A stretch of 64,000 nucleotides of DNA from Raillietiella orientalis (GCA_036172245.1 JAYWIR010000016.1:1426001-1490000); one strand, 5' to 3'. Counted from the stretch's first letter, positions 36,450 to 50,680 are shown. Notes: generated by a model not told the origin, from the sequence alone. Translations and numbers: made by a program.

Positions 36450-38900
36450 AAAGAGAGGAAATCCTTGTGCTCTTTCCCGCCACTCTATCACGTGCTCCAC
36501 CATCGGCGTGCACGAGGGAGGGGGAGGAAGGGGGGGCTTCCTGGCTTTCTGCAGGCAGCGAGCGTGGAAGTCCACGGAGAGCCTCCCGGCATCCTCCTCG
36601 ACTTCGGAAGGAGCGGCGGCAGCCGTAAAGCCGACGGCGGCGAGGAGGCAGCTGACCCCTGACCACAGAATGGGCATCACTGGCCACACTTCTGATCTGC
36701 TGCTACGCGCGCGCTTCGTAGAGCCCCCGGGGGCGATGCTGCGAGGGAGGTCGAACGGGACGGAGGGAGAGCCAGCTGAACTTTCCAGCCTGCGTCACTG
36801 AGCCCTCCCTATAGCACGTCTTCTCGAGTCCCTCTTCCGCTTCCGGGCTCAGGGAACGAGGAATTCCGATCCTCTCCCTCCCTACCAGGAAGCGGGGTGG
36901 TCGATGACTGCTGGCCCAGAGCGCTGCGGCCGCAGCCTCATCCAAGGGCTCATCCGTCCTCCGATCCGGTCGCGGTCCGGAACCGGAGGTGTTTCTGCGG
37001 ATCACGAGGCCCCGTCGAGGGGACGGACGTCAGTCCCACATCCGGCGTTGCCGCCCGGTCACGCCGGGGCGTTTACTGAGATAAACAATAAACGCACAAG
37101 GCTGTGGCAGGACACATGATCTACCCCGCTCGAATTAACAAGCGGACCTGCCAGGTTGCCGGTGTGCTGACCGACGAGCTTCACCTCGGCAGCGGAGGGA
37201 GGGGGGGGGGGGGAACAGAAGGAAAAATAAATACAAATAAATAAAAAACATGATGGAGGGCCGGGGAGTGATCACTGCTCGCTGGAGGAAGTTCTCTGCA
37301 TCCTTTCCAGGATGCCGGTTACGTTCGTCCGCATAGCGCCCAGATGGGGCTGTTCTCTGGCTGCCATCCGCAGGAAGCAAACCGCGAACTGGACAACGTC
37401 CCTCTTGTTCCTTCCTCCGTCAGCTGCGCTCCAGGCTGCCGCCGCAATCCTGCAGATGCAGCAACGAGCTGCTGGGACTGCGGCTGGTCGCAAGGCATTC
37501 CTCACAAAGAGGAGCCGTAAAACATCCCTGGGTTCCTCAGGGTCTTCCCCACACCCAGGGGCCGTAGGGCAAAACAGTCTACACGCAGGTGCGGGAGGAA
37601 TTCACGTTCCCCGCACCTGAGATAGTCCGGGCTCACCTCCTCCCCCTTCCTCCCTCCCGGGTTCAGTGGCGTCGGCGGACGTTGCAGGGAGACCTCGACG
37701 CAACAGCGGAAGTGCCGACTCTGCCACTCCCTTCAAGGGAGAGGGGGAGCTGCTGTCCACAAGCAGCGGAATCCCCAGCAGCTCTCGCTCCAGAGTGCAA
37801 GTCCACGTGGAAGGGCACTCGGGGTGGCAGCAGCGTCCGCCAGCTATCCCGTGGTCCAGCCACCCATCAGCTTCCGCCTGCCTGCGATCTCGTAGGGGAC
37901 CTCCCACCTCTCCGGTAGGCTGCTGCCGTTCGTCTCCCTCAGGGACGGCGGCGCTGCGACCACGGGGGTGCGCTCCTCCCACGCGCTCGCTCTGGGACTT
38001 TCGCAGCGAGCAGCGAGCGTGGATGCCGCGTCGCAGGTGTTCCCGAGCTGGGCTCTTTCAGCTCCGCCCAGGTGCCAACGCTCCAGTTGCTGGGGCGCAC
38101 ATCCGGCGTGGAAGTCCTGCCAGGTGCTCCGCCGCCCGGCATGCTCCTTCCCGCTTCGGCGTGCGGACATATTCGGCACGTGGCTTGCATGTTTCGGGAA
38201 ATCTGCCGAGAGATCCCTGAAACCGCGAAGGGAGGCAAGCGAAGGCGGGCTGGCTGCGGCGCTCGCTGCTGCTTATCGAACATCCTCCGGAAAAGACGGG
38301 ACCGTGGGGGCGGTGTGGAGAAGAAAGGCGGTTAACTGAAGGGCGAAGAGGACGCGTGCGTGCGCCCGTCTTCGCTTTCCTTCGGGACTGCGGATCACTC
38401 GATAGCGTTCCGGCTGCCCTCCCTGATAGCCGGCGGCATCCTCAGCTTCCAGACCCGTGGTTCCTCCTCCTTGCCGTAGGGGGTTCGCGGGTTCCCACAG
38501 GCGATTCCCGCCCACAGGCGATTTTGCCCGGGAAGCGGGGCTGGGAAACAGATTCGGGTGGGTCGCTCCTCCTCCAGCTCTGCGCCGGGAGGCGGGGCAC
38601 GTCGAGACGGAGGCGCGCGGACGATCGCGGATGCTGGGAAGCGAGCCTCCTCCTCCGCTCCGCCCTCGGGACGGACCGAAGACGCGGTCCCGCACGATCT
38701 CGCTGGACTCGTTGAGGGTCCTGAGACCGCAAGAACGGCGGCGGTCCCTGCAAGAGCTGGAAATTTCGAGAACGCGAGCGAAGCAGCTCCGCTCGCTCGG
38801 TTAACAGCGGGCCTGCACAGAACCAAGGAGGTTGCGCCCCTTCACGACCGCCGCCATCTTGATCCCCGTGCCGTGTCCGTCCGGTGCCGCTCAAAATTCC
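36450..38900 (+). mobile_element. Decayed L1-clade ORF2 relic
   Basis: 'VLCILSRMPVTFVRIAPRWGCSLAAIRRKQT' (~37290) is colinear with 'VLCILCRKPAISSLYRVRCGHLLVILKKET' of the 19.6 kb RT. Composition is the same GC-rich type. Confidence 0.5.
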
Positions 38901-38904
38901 CAAA

Positions 38905-39490
38905 GATTATTAAAAATCAATATATCTGTTTATCATGGACATTGAGATAATTAGCATGTTTATTATACATATTTGTATATAGATAAATATATATTTTTAA
39001 GATTATAAAGAAGGATTACGTGTGCCTATCACGTATATTGATGTATTCATTAGTACAATTAAAAATATGCATTAATATGCACATATATACTGAAGATTAT
39101 AAAAAACTAAACATATATGCTTATTATATATGTTAATATGTATTTACACATACGATACTATACATGAGATAAATATATAAATATTAAACATATATTTATC
39201 AAACGATGAAAATTATTACTATGTATTATAGTAATTATATTAATAATACATATGTCAATAAATATCAATTAGAAAAAGTGTGTTAAAATAATATTATTAT
39301 TCACAACATGCATGTACATAGAATATTAACAAATATCTATGCCAAAAATAAATTTGCATATTAATCCATCAATCAAAATATACGTAATGAACATACACAT
39401 CTATTTTTTATAATAATCCTTGTAATCTTCATCAGTTTCTATATCAATCCATGTATACATAATGAACAAATACATTTATTTCTTATGATT
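38905..39490. repeat. Very AT-rich low-complexity island
   Basis: Abrupt switch from GC-rich sequence to ATAT/ATTA-dominated sequence and back. Confidence 0.85.
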
Positions 39491-42400
39491 TTTCGAGGTT
39501 TCGGATTTGTTCTGGGATTTTCATCCGCACCCATGTCCATCTTGCTCGAGGCGCATCAGCTGCGGAAGCGCTTCCCACAAGCCTCCGTCCACATCCGCAC
39601 AGCTCTTTCCCAGACGTCGATGTTCTGGGCGGTTCCGCAACATCCATGTTGCACGGCCACGCCCCGTTTGGCGTCGGGGACGACAGCAACGAGGCGACTC
39701 GTCTTCTTGTCGAGTTCTTATGAACCCGTAGAGTCCTCGGCACGCGCATCAGCTCTTCATGTGGGGGATCCATGAACCCTGAGGAGTTTGGGCTCGGACG
39801 GGCACCTGGACATCCTTCGTCGACAGGCTCTTTCTCTGCATTTGGTCTCGTCGACAGCGGTGTCGCCTACCACCCAACACCGCAGCCGGACATCTTCTGG
39901 GCCTGCCGGTTGGAACTACTTCAGAACGACCGAGAACGAACCCGGAAGGCCGAATCTCCAGCCAGAACAAGGCCGTCCGTCAACCTTGGGAGCAGCGCAA
40001 CTCGAGCAAAGAGGGCTTGGCCCAACAGTGGACTCGCCCAACGGAGTGCTCGCCTAGAAAAGGAACAGCACCACTTCCACTCTTGCAGCACCCGCTGTGT
40101 AGCAGAACTTTGTGGACGAGGAAGAAACTTGCAACTCCACTTCATGGAGACGATGCGTGGGAGGTGAGGGAAATCCCTCTCCCCCCCTCCCATCCATATT
40201 TGGAATCCCGAAATTTTTCAAATGAACCCGAAGGAGACGAAAACAGAAGAACGAGCTTGGCATTGTTTTTATTCTTTCTTTCTTGGAACCCAAGAAAAAA
40301 AGGGGAAAAAAAAACTGCGCCCTATGCGTTTCCTTGGGACATTTGGCATTTTTCAGATCCTTGTTCCCGCCGGGATGAGAGGATCCTGGGATAAGCGAGG
40401 ACAGCTGGAAGATGGAGTACTTACGCGACTTGCGAATTCTTGCTGGGAAAGCGAAGCAGAAACTAATGGGATATCAAGAAGACCAGCAGCGTAATGCGTT
40501 GACATTCGAGAAGCTGGCTGTCGTCGCGGAAGAAGATGTATCAGAAATGTCGAGTTTGAAGAAAGAATCCCTGAAACTTTGGGAAAAAGACGACAGGCGG
40601 CACTTTCGCATGGGACGCAGTTCGGAGGACTGCATCGAAACCGGGAGAGGACACGCCCTCCCGCTACAGTCCACATTTCCCCAAAGGTAGGGCGTCGCGT
40701 GGCAGTGTGAAAGGACGTGCGCTTGGGCAGCGTGCATCTGCGATGTCCTCTACCGAGGAACAGATTTCTCCCTAAATACTCCATCGTTGCCTCTTATGCG
40801 CAGACAGAAAAACTGATGCCCTGCTTTCATCTGAAAACCAGATGGCGACGCTTCTTGATGCCGGTTCAGAATCACGAGGGTTTCAAACTTGACCTGAGAT
40901 CCCCTCAGGCAAGGAAGCGTGTTCTTTCCTTTCAACTTCGGAGTATAGTCCCGAGTGAGCAGCTGCTTGGTCGGGAGCGCCAGCAGAATCGGGGAGGAGA
41001 GGAACATTCGGAAGATGTTGCACGAGGTGCAAAGGCGGCTTTGCCTTTGCTACTGCTGGGAAGAAGGGCTCCTGAGAAACGTCCAGGCATGCCGCAGACA
41101 TGCTGATGTGCCGACTCCATCCTGGTGACCCTGAAGAGAAAAATTGGCCCACGCGTGCCACTTCAGGAGTCCAATCGCAATCTTGGAACGAGGAGCCGAC
41201 TTTCGGAGTTCTTTCGTCCACGATCGAGCACCGACCTACATGGCAGAGCTACCAGAATAAAAAAGCTCTGGACCTGCGCAGCTTTAAGCAAGCAAGCTTG
41301 GCCGAACCGCGTGACCCTGGGTGTCGAACGGAAGGGTGTGAGTTCGAACTGCGGAGGCGACAACGCCTTCGCTGAGGCGGGAATACCCCCCCCCCCTTCC
41401 CTCCGCTCTTGCGCACTCGCCTTTTACCAGGCCTCCGTCAACAAACAGGAAACTGGAATGATCTGAGGGCACTGGGAAATATCCCCCCGCATTTCCTTTT
41501 TGTAATTCCGAATCTTTTACGTGAGGTTGAATGGCAGCCAACAACGCAGAAAAAGCGACAACCGCAACAGGCATCCTCCAAAAGCGAACTGCTCTGGAGG
41601 AACTCCCAAAACCATTGCTCCATTTGATAGGGCACAGTGCAATGCTAATTTAGATTACTTTTAGAGAACAGGCAGCGAATCGTGCCGGCAGCAACAGGTG
41701 CGACAAACAACAGTATTTGTTGTAGTTACAGAAAACAGCTTCCAGGCACAAGATCCCTGCCTCACCTGCACAACAAAAATGCGCAACGAGCAGACCTAGC
41801 CCAAGAAAAAGCCTGCACGGCACCACTTGTGTAGAATTTCTGCAAGAATTCCGCATGGACTCTTTCATTGACCGCGACTGCTTCGCCGACCCCAGACGAA
41901 ATCCTTCTCTTCGGTTCTGCCTTCTGTCACAGCGTCCTGCTGCCCGCTTCCAGGCCAGGTTCCTCAGCTAGAATCTCACCTCAGCTACCGTCTCCCTCCA
42001 GTCGTCACTTCCCTTCCCTCTCATTCGTGACTCGCCACTTATCAGTGAAGAACCAAAATTTCGCCATTCTCTCCGGTTCCCGCGAATTCCACTCCACTGG
42101 ACTCCCCCCGAGGGCCACGTCTGCGCACCCGCATGCCCACCCCGCGGAGGGAGGCACGAAAAGACCGATGCTCGAGCTGGAAGGTAATGCAGATGAACAG
42201 CGGGCAACACGTTGAGAGCGTGGCCCCTCCTACGGCACCACGAGATTACCACAACGGAAAGTCGAGGGTGAGAGGATTCTCTTTATGGTGCGCTCTTGGC
42301 AAACCGGTCCCAGAGCCTGCCACAGAGAAGCCAAGCGGATGCGGGGCTGTTCTTCCCAGTTCCGGTGAAATCACAAAGTGAGACTCCCCCAGAGCGATGC

Positions 42401-45170
42401 CGGCTTTCCATTTCGTTTCGCAAGCGGCCGTTTCCCTGTCTTTCGGCGCTGCACTTTGTTTGAGTAGCAGACAGTTTTCAATTACCCGGATTCCTGTTTT
42501 CTCCCCGGTTCCGCTTCCCTGAAGAAGCACTTAATTGAACAGGGAAAGTGTTTACTGCCTACAAGAGGGAACAGAAAGTGCACTTTGGGCACGTGCCCCT
42601 TCGCACGAAGGACTGGAGAGATTGGAAGAATTACCTTCTGCTCTCTTGTGCGCCCGATCCCGCAGGATCTCAGCGAGATACAGAAATTCAAACGCTCAAC
42701 GATTCCCCGGAACAGAATCTCCCCTGTTCCTCGCTTTCTGGGAATTCTTGCAGTGGCGTTTCGACCACTGAGGCACCGAATGATGCTTCACAGCTCCTGG
42801 CAAGAGGCTTAGAGCCTTACGCTGGCCTCGTGAAACTGGTGCACTGGAGACATCCGATGCCTCCTCCCCACCCCCCACATACTGGGGCGAACATCATCCC
42901 GAGATATGGGAGCCACTTTGCAGCAAGAGGAAGCCGGAAAGGTGAAGCAGCTCCCTGAAAGGTAAGCAGGAGAGCTGTGAGTAGGCGATGCCACAGGCTT
43001 GGTAGACACTCTACTTGCAGCACGTTCGCAAACTATGCTGCGAAGTTTCAAACAGAAGCAACGCCTGAAGAGGGTCGGTGGAAGCAGAGGGTGTGAAAGA
43101 GACGAAGATGGGAAACTGGGAACGGAAGCGCGGATGCGACTTGCGGTTTCTCTCTTCAGCTTCCCAGCGCGTTCACTCGGCATGCCGTTCCTCGTTTGGC
43201 GTTAGAAAGCCAAATGGGCGGTTAAAACGTCTCTTGAGCCCCTCTGTCACTCCACGGCTTGCATGCACTACGTAGTGGTCGTAGAGACCATCGCTTGGTG
43301 GATGCCGGTAATTAACGATCCTTCAAGAAAACTGATGTGCTGAAACCACATTTCGCTGTCAATGCTGCAGGAACAGTCCGAGATTCGGTCCCCATTCAAG
43401 AAAGCGACGAATCGCGAATTTGGCCGAAACAGAACTGACTGAAAAGTTTTTCCGAAATCCCTATCACAACCCTGCACGACCGCACAGTCAGGAACAGTCC
43501 TCCGGGCAACCGACTTGTGGCTGGTGCCCGCCGCACCGCAACCACGTGCAGCCACGTGCCTCCAATGTGAATTCGCAGGCTCAGTGTGGCCCACCAACCC
43601 TCAAACACATCGCGCTTCTTCTTCATCAAGGAATGCATTCATCAGTGGCAGCGTCTCTGACCCGTGCTTGGTCTGACCGTCCTCTCGACGAGGTCTTGCG
43701 CAGGCTGCATCGCCTTACGAAGTCACGACGCAGGTGCCCGGAGCGCAGGACCGTATTTTATTGCTTTTTGAGTGACTTTGGTGGCTGGAAGCCGGGAAAA
43801 AAAAAAAAAAAGAAAAAAAAAAAAAAAAAGGAAATACCATAAACTTTGCCAGGCGGCGAGCACGGACCTGCGAGCTCTCTGCACGGTAAAGACTTACGTA
43901 CGTGACACACACGAGGACCTCTCTCCCCACTCGTACGCGTCCGGACGAGCATCCGACGGCTGCTCCGTTTCGCAGCCTCTCTCGATCATGTGCAGGAACG
44001 GGCAGGCTGCAGCCGGCGGGGTGAGGTCACGTCGATCTACTTCAGCGTGCTTTCCCGTGAGACCGCGCTCGCAGCAGCGAATTAAGTGTTCTCCCATTAC
44101 TGGTGCGTATGGCAGACCGTTGCCCCCGCAACAGGAAATTATTCATCGCGGGGTGCTAAAAATAAACGAAACAATGAGAGTGACGGACGAGCGGGAAATT
44201 CGCATTCGCATTGTTGGGACCTCCGCCTGCTGGAGGAATCTCTTCGCCGCGCACCCCGCCGCGCGCTTTGACCACCGCACGGTGTGGCCAGCTTGCTGAT
44301 CGCGGTGGCTGATGCGACGATCCACGATCCAGGCGCACGTCGAAGCGCCCTTCTCGCGCTTCCCACGATTTCCAGGAACTCTCTCGGAGTGGGTAACCCG
44401 TCCGTTTCTTCCAGATAACGATCGGAACAGAATTGTCAACCGCCGAGGTTTCAAAATCGAGAGCGCCGCTGGGTTTCAAACCCATTATCCAGCAGCAGCA
44501 GCCCCGGACGGATTGCAGACCCGTCAAGTGCATGCCTGACCGAGTGGGGACTTCCTCATAAAGGCCAGACTGCTGCCGCCATTCTTCTTTTTTTTTTTTT
44601 CTTTTCCTTTCTTTTTAAAAAGGAGGAGGAAAACAGAGTTCCACGGTCTCGTCTTGGCTACAGATACGATGGTCCGGTGGTGGTGGTGGTTGTATTGGGG
44701 AGGAGGAGTCCCGGGTACACGTAAATGTAACCACCACAAACCATCGTAAACGTGGCGGCACACGACGAGAACGCTGTCTGGGATAAAGCGGGAGCGTCCG
44801 CCAAGGGGAGCTCCGCTCGCCTTGGAATTCGGACAGGAGGCACGGAGTTCCCGTTTTTTCGAGCAGGCGGGAGATCTGGCGAACCTGGAAATTTCGGAGG
44901 ACTCAAAACACGCTGGCTGAAGTGCTCGTAGGGCTGGCGTAGGTGGGGACTTGCGGACGCATCCGGGGCTGCAGTGGTCGTTTCCGTGGACGGGCCACGC
45001 TACTTCTTGGGACCGGAAGGGATTGCAACACGAAGGCTTGTGGTGGTTACCCCGAGAAAGATACGGAATGATAAACTGAAGCGGCGAAAACATGGCTGCC
45101 GAACACCTGGAATCGCCACGATCGTGTGGTCCAAAGCAATGCGAACAAACAGATAAGAGCACGATTAATA
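39490..45170 (+). mobile_element. Further strongly decayed LINE relics, probably two or more L1-clade fragments
   Basis: Weak motifs 'PMRFLGTFG' (KYLG-like, ~40320) and 'ARFDHRTVW' (AFD.V.H..LW-like, ~44270). An AATAAA-containing tail lies at ~45167. There are no intact ORFs. Confidence 0.35.
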
Positions 45171-45305
45171 AAATGTTAATATATAACTTTATTCCACAAG
45201 ACGAATGTGCTGACTGAATAAATAAATCCTATTTATAAATCTGCATTTCATCAAAGAATCTGCACTGAATTTAAAAAAATAGTTTTGAGATGGAAACCGT
45301 TCGAA

Positions 45306-48300
45306 TTAGGCAAGAACAAGACTTTGAACATTAGGTACAGAAGAGCCCTTGTTTATGCGTCTGCTTCTGTAATGAAACAAAAAATAAACGCTTGGAAGAA
45401 GCCCGTGGATTTCATTCACCTAAAGGTATTCGAGGGTTTCGGACTCCCTGAATTATTGCAAGAGGGGCGAGGGCAGCAGGATGCGAGCTTGGTCTCCGTC
45501 TAGAAAGATACAAAGACACGGCCTGAAAATCCATCCCTCAAGGGGTAACGACTTTTCAGAAACCGCGGAGAAAATGCAACTTACACCCACTTTACGCAGT
45601 AAGTCACCGATGATGTTCAAAGCAGACAACTTCGTGGTTCCAACTACGCCGCCGTTTGGACTCGCATCTAAAAAGTCACACATAGACTGGAAAATAAAAC
45701 GGCAAAAAAAAAAAAAAAGGAAAGGAAAGAAACATACTTTTGCTCCCCCGTAAAGACGATTCAGGAACTGAACCATTGTGGGAGACGACGTATCGTGGGA
45801 TGAGGCAGTTTCGATTCTCTTTGTTCGTATCTTTTTCCCGCACCTGAAGCTCCTGACGCAAATCTTTCCGGGTGAACAGCAGAAGGAAAAAAAAAAAAAA
45901 TGTTTTAGAATGCAACAAACAAAACCCCAACACACCACCCTGAAAAGTCCCAAATCCAAGAGTAACAGCATTTCAAATATTCAAGGCGGAGTGAGATGCC
46001 CCCCCTCCCCCGGCGACATCCTCGGAAAACGTCTCGGTCCCATGGGGAGGCACGCAATGGTCCAAACCACATCTGCTCTTTTAGCATACAATTCCCTCGC
46101 TGTTTACCCTCAGCCCAAAACAATCAACAGTTTCGCAAAAAACACATACGAAAGTTTTCTTTTCTTCTTTTGGCAAAGAAATTGCACGTCAAATTTGTAC
46201 TGATACCAATATCCAAACGCTATCTATTTTCCAAAAGATGGATCCATAGAAAGGTCAACACCTTTTAACACAGATATGAGCGCCCACACCTGTAACCGCC
46301 GCAAAGAAACCAAAGCGACCCGAAGCATACCACCACCACCACCACCATGCAAGACGTAGGGATGTGCCCCTCCCCTCCCCCTCCCCCAAACGACTCGCTC
46401 TGAACAAGTGGACCACACCACGATCATGCATCTTACACAATGTTGACAGCAACATGGAATTCCCGTTCAAAACGAGCTAGAAACCTGGCAGCCCAAATTG
46501 TGAATGTATTTCTGGAGAACTACGGTTCACCGGAAACCACCGGACGGCTTCCAAGTCCTTTCCAGAACTGGTTCAATCTGCCGGCTCTTCTCTTCTTTAT
46601 TTAGGAGCACCCTGAGAGCACACAGAAGCGTGCAAGATGCGACGGTAGGAAAAAAAAAGAAAAAAAGGGAACTTGATTCACACGACGCAAGCACCACCAG
46701 GCACTGTGTTTTCCTCTTCAGCACGTCGTGCGAAAAAGTGCAATCAATAGGAACTCGAAGTACAGAATGGAAGTTTCGAAACGATTGGCCCTACTCCTCG
46801 ATTGGCCCTGGCTCCGGGCGAATCTTACAAATACTGGATCTTGCATTTGCATACTACTTAATTGCATTATTAGTTCGGATGGCCGACGCGTTTGCAGTTA
46901 TGCAGAAATATGACACAGTCTTCAGGAGCCACCTAACCGTGGCTTCTTCCTCCTCTTGCGGATGCTCAGCACCTCCGCAAGATTCTACGGATTGCTAGGC
47001 ATCGTTTCAATCTTGGAGGGGGGGAGGAGGGAGGCATGCCGGCAAACCAATCTTTCGTGACTCCATCCTTTTGCAGACACTGCTTCGAACTGCCGCTACG
47101 ATGAAAGACTTTCGGATCATCAACCACACCTGCATTCTTCAGTCAACCCGCAAATGAATTCAAATTTAAGCAAATTCTAAATTCAATGAACCGCTCAACC
47201 ACTCTGCTCTTATTTTGAGGTAGCAGAACATTATGTTTTTTTTTTTTTTTTTTCTTATTTTGCCACTTTTGTGCACTCGTCGTGACGTTTTGAATTGTGG
47301 AAACGACTCGCAACTCGCTTCAGCACAACTTTAGACAATAAATGATTGCACCAAACTTCGTAGCAGGAACACGACTGTACAAAACACTGTCTGGAGAATG
47401 AATTCACCCTATTGGATGGTGATGAAGGTACGGGCGACGGCCCCCCGGAGGAAGCGAGGGAGGCCCGCGTGAAGGTGACGCTCCCTGCTCGGACTCGGGG
47501 CGACGGGAGAGGGAGCGGCCGATCGCGGGGGCAGCGCCGCTGCTCCATGGAGGGCGGGGAGGAACGTGGCGACCTGCCGCTTCTTGCGCGATCCCCGGAC
47601 CCTTCAGGGGCCACCCCCGATCCGCTCCTCTTCTGCCTCTCCGATGGCTCTCCCGCGTCCGGGAAAACAAAGAGGGGGGGGGGGAAGGGGGGAAATCCCC
47701 TGGATCCAGGGGTCCGCCGCGCGTTCCCGGAGGGTCCCCTCTGCAAGTTACTCCAGCAATGTCAACGATAAAGCGATTACATTTCGCACAAACAACCAGA
47801 GACCATAGCAATAAGTTCCAAAAAAAAAAAAAAAAACGATCCTCGTACCTCGCGACTAAATAAGAAACAGTAGAAAACGTGTCAATATGTTAAAAAAATC
47901 TTCATACCTCTGGATTCATCTTTTAATCGCTGGACCATAATTTGCAGTTGTTCCTTCTCGTCTAGCTCGGATTCAAGAAGGGCATTCCTTTCGACTGCTT
48001 GATTCAGTCTTCTCTCGAAGTCTTGCAAAGTGACTACCGTACTCCTAAAACATAAAAAAGATGATCTTCCAGCATCACCGCGTGTGTGATGAAAGCAATG
48101 CCGTTGTCTCACAAGATACTTGCAGTTGATTGAAAGAGAAGTGTGTTTTTTTCGGTTTTCTGTTTAATAAAACATGAAAATAAAACGAATCTTCCAACAC
48201 GATTCCAACGAAATGACCAAACCAGAGTTTGAAGGAAAACAAAGCTGTCCACAACACGAAACGCGGATAAGGAAAAAGACTGCTTTAGAAACTGCAGACG

Positions 48301-50680
48301 GCCAATACAAACAAACTGTTGGTACGCGAAAACCAAACCAACGAACACCACAACGGCGATGCTGGCAGACGATTTTCGAACACGAGGTCGTGGCTGATAG
48401 ACTGACAATAGTAAGATTACTCGCAACGAGTTGCGGATGCTCTTACTTTCGAGCAAGCAATCATCGGTGGTGAGACCTTTGTCTCCATTGCCATCATCCG
48501 AAATCGATTCGGACCGGTTCACATGGGTGCTTTACCACGGCACCCGCAAAGAGTAAGGCACTCGTTTTGGAATTCAAGAGCACCGTGAAGTTGCTCCAAT
48601 TTTGCCCCCCGTTATCCGCACGCTTTGGGATTCTCCTCGGTACACTTTCAGGCTGCCCACCATCTGAGGATTAACGAGGGCACCCGTGCAACTCTCTCCC
48701 AGATTGCTGTGCGGATGCGGCCAGGAGACGAAAGCAAGAAGGGTGCGGAGATGCAACTCAAACTACGGGCACCCTCCGCTTAAGAAGAAGGGATACCAAC
48801 TAACTCTGAAAGGGGAAAACAAAGCCAAAAAGAGAAAGAATCGAGGAGCCCACATTTTGGCCGGTGTTGCACCGCGCGCTTCTTGATCTCGAGGCATCAT
48901 AAAGACTCCAAAAAACTCCTCAAGTGCAGTCCAATTTTAAGAGTTTTCCGGTTCAAAAAACAAGAAATCCACACAACTGAGAGTTCAACACACACACACA
49001 CAAACAAAAAAAAAAATGAATTTATAATATTTTGCTCACTTGCATCAGGAGCAGACCCACGGAATTGTCCCTAAAAACACACCACGTAGCATGCCCAATA
49101 AAGTTACTACGGAACAGAAAAAGTAATAAAAAAAAATAGGCGCAGAATTTAGAAGAAGATGAAAAAACTCTCTGCAAGCAAATTCACCACTACCATGAGA
49201 ATGCGATACCCGAAATTTTGATCAACGTTCACTTTCTTCACGGTTCATGAAGACATCCGATTTGACACCTTGAAATACAATCTGAGGATCTTTAGACCTT
49301 TGCAGTCGCGCACTGAACATGTAAATGCCATTGGGTGTTCTTGCAGAAAAGAAAACCTTTCTTCAAGACACTTCGCCTGACTGCACAACACTGCAAGGTC
49401 CCCCCCCCACCACCACTTATGGAAAACTTTTCTAAACACAACTTTTACTATAAGATAAAGATACATAGATACGAAAAAAAAAAAAAAAAAAAAACGTCAA
49501 AGAGAAAAGCCACGTGCAGCTTCCCATCCATGTGAGATGGCTGGCTGTTCCATCAAGGAGATGCTTTTCCACGGGGATGCTCACAACACTGTGTGGTTTT
49601 TGTGAAGATCGAACCTGCTCGTTTTCAGCGTGGGTTCCACGGTTCAGGCGTGACCACGCGGTCACATTGGCAACCGAATGTGAATTTGGAGCTTCGAGTG
49701 TGATCAAATTTTGTTTGCGGGAAGCTTTTTGCGTGGAATGCGACACCGTTATGACGATAGCCAGCTAGCAACCTATTATTTCCTACTGCTGTGCACCACG
49801 TTCACACACTCCCGAGTGCTTCAACTGCTGACTACTTCCATATCACCCCACGGCATGCACTTTCAGATCCATTCTCCCCCCCCCCCATCTCCGTCTCTCT
49901 CTCCTTTCTGCATCACAAAGAAAGAATGGCAATTATTCCTTTGTGAGACAGGTTTCGTGTTTTAAAAGCTTTATTATTGTACAGTGCAAATACCTTTTCG
50001 ACCTCTCCAGATCGTCGTTGGCTTGCTCCAATTCACGTGCATACTTTAAAAGACTGTCTTTGATATCTGCCACTCTAGATAACTCTTCTTGCATATAAGC
50101 TATTTCGTGATTGCTCTCCTCCAGAACTTTCTCTAATTTCTCCTATTGAAGGAACATGGGATGCTTTAAGTACACATTCAACATCAGTTACAGGTGATCA
50201 TGTTTTATATCAAAATTTCAAATCGGAAACAAGCATTTCAAGAAACTCGAAAAAGAGAACAAAGGCGCTTGGAACAGTTTCTCCTTTTTTTTTTTTTTTT
50301 TTGCAGGAACTTCCACGAGATCACGAACAAACGTGACACGAAAGGTGGAAATCATCAGTGCGAAGCAGAGACGTTTGCAGTTTCCAAAAGGAAATGCTCA
50401 GAAACGACGGTGCACAAAAGCCAAACGAGTGCATAATTTGCAAGTTTGGATTTTCGTTCGTGGGGACGAACGATTCGGCTAACGGTCACACAATGGGACG
50501 AAATTGCGTTCCTTCGGGAGTACGCTGAAAAAGCACGAAATCTCGGAAAGCACACAAAGTGTTCCTCGAAACGTGCAGCTCATTCTCACAAGTCAGCAAG
50601 CGAAAGGACGTCGGGGCGTGAGCGGGAGAATCGTGCAGAGGAGAAGGCAAGGCAACGGCACACATTCATAACATACCGTC

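Noticed and set aside
41315..41370. B-box-like GAGTTCGAACT, and similar motifs near 52190 and 52330
   Set aside because: There is no convincing A box or cloverleaf; these may be chance matches or very old SINE remnants.
18300..45000. Dozens of overlapping 100-400 aa ORFs (e.g. 26797-28023, 408 aa) as novel genes
   Set aside because: These are expected in GC-rich sequence. Compositions are R/P/G/S-rich, and the only recognisable motifs are frameshifted L1 ORF2 pieces.
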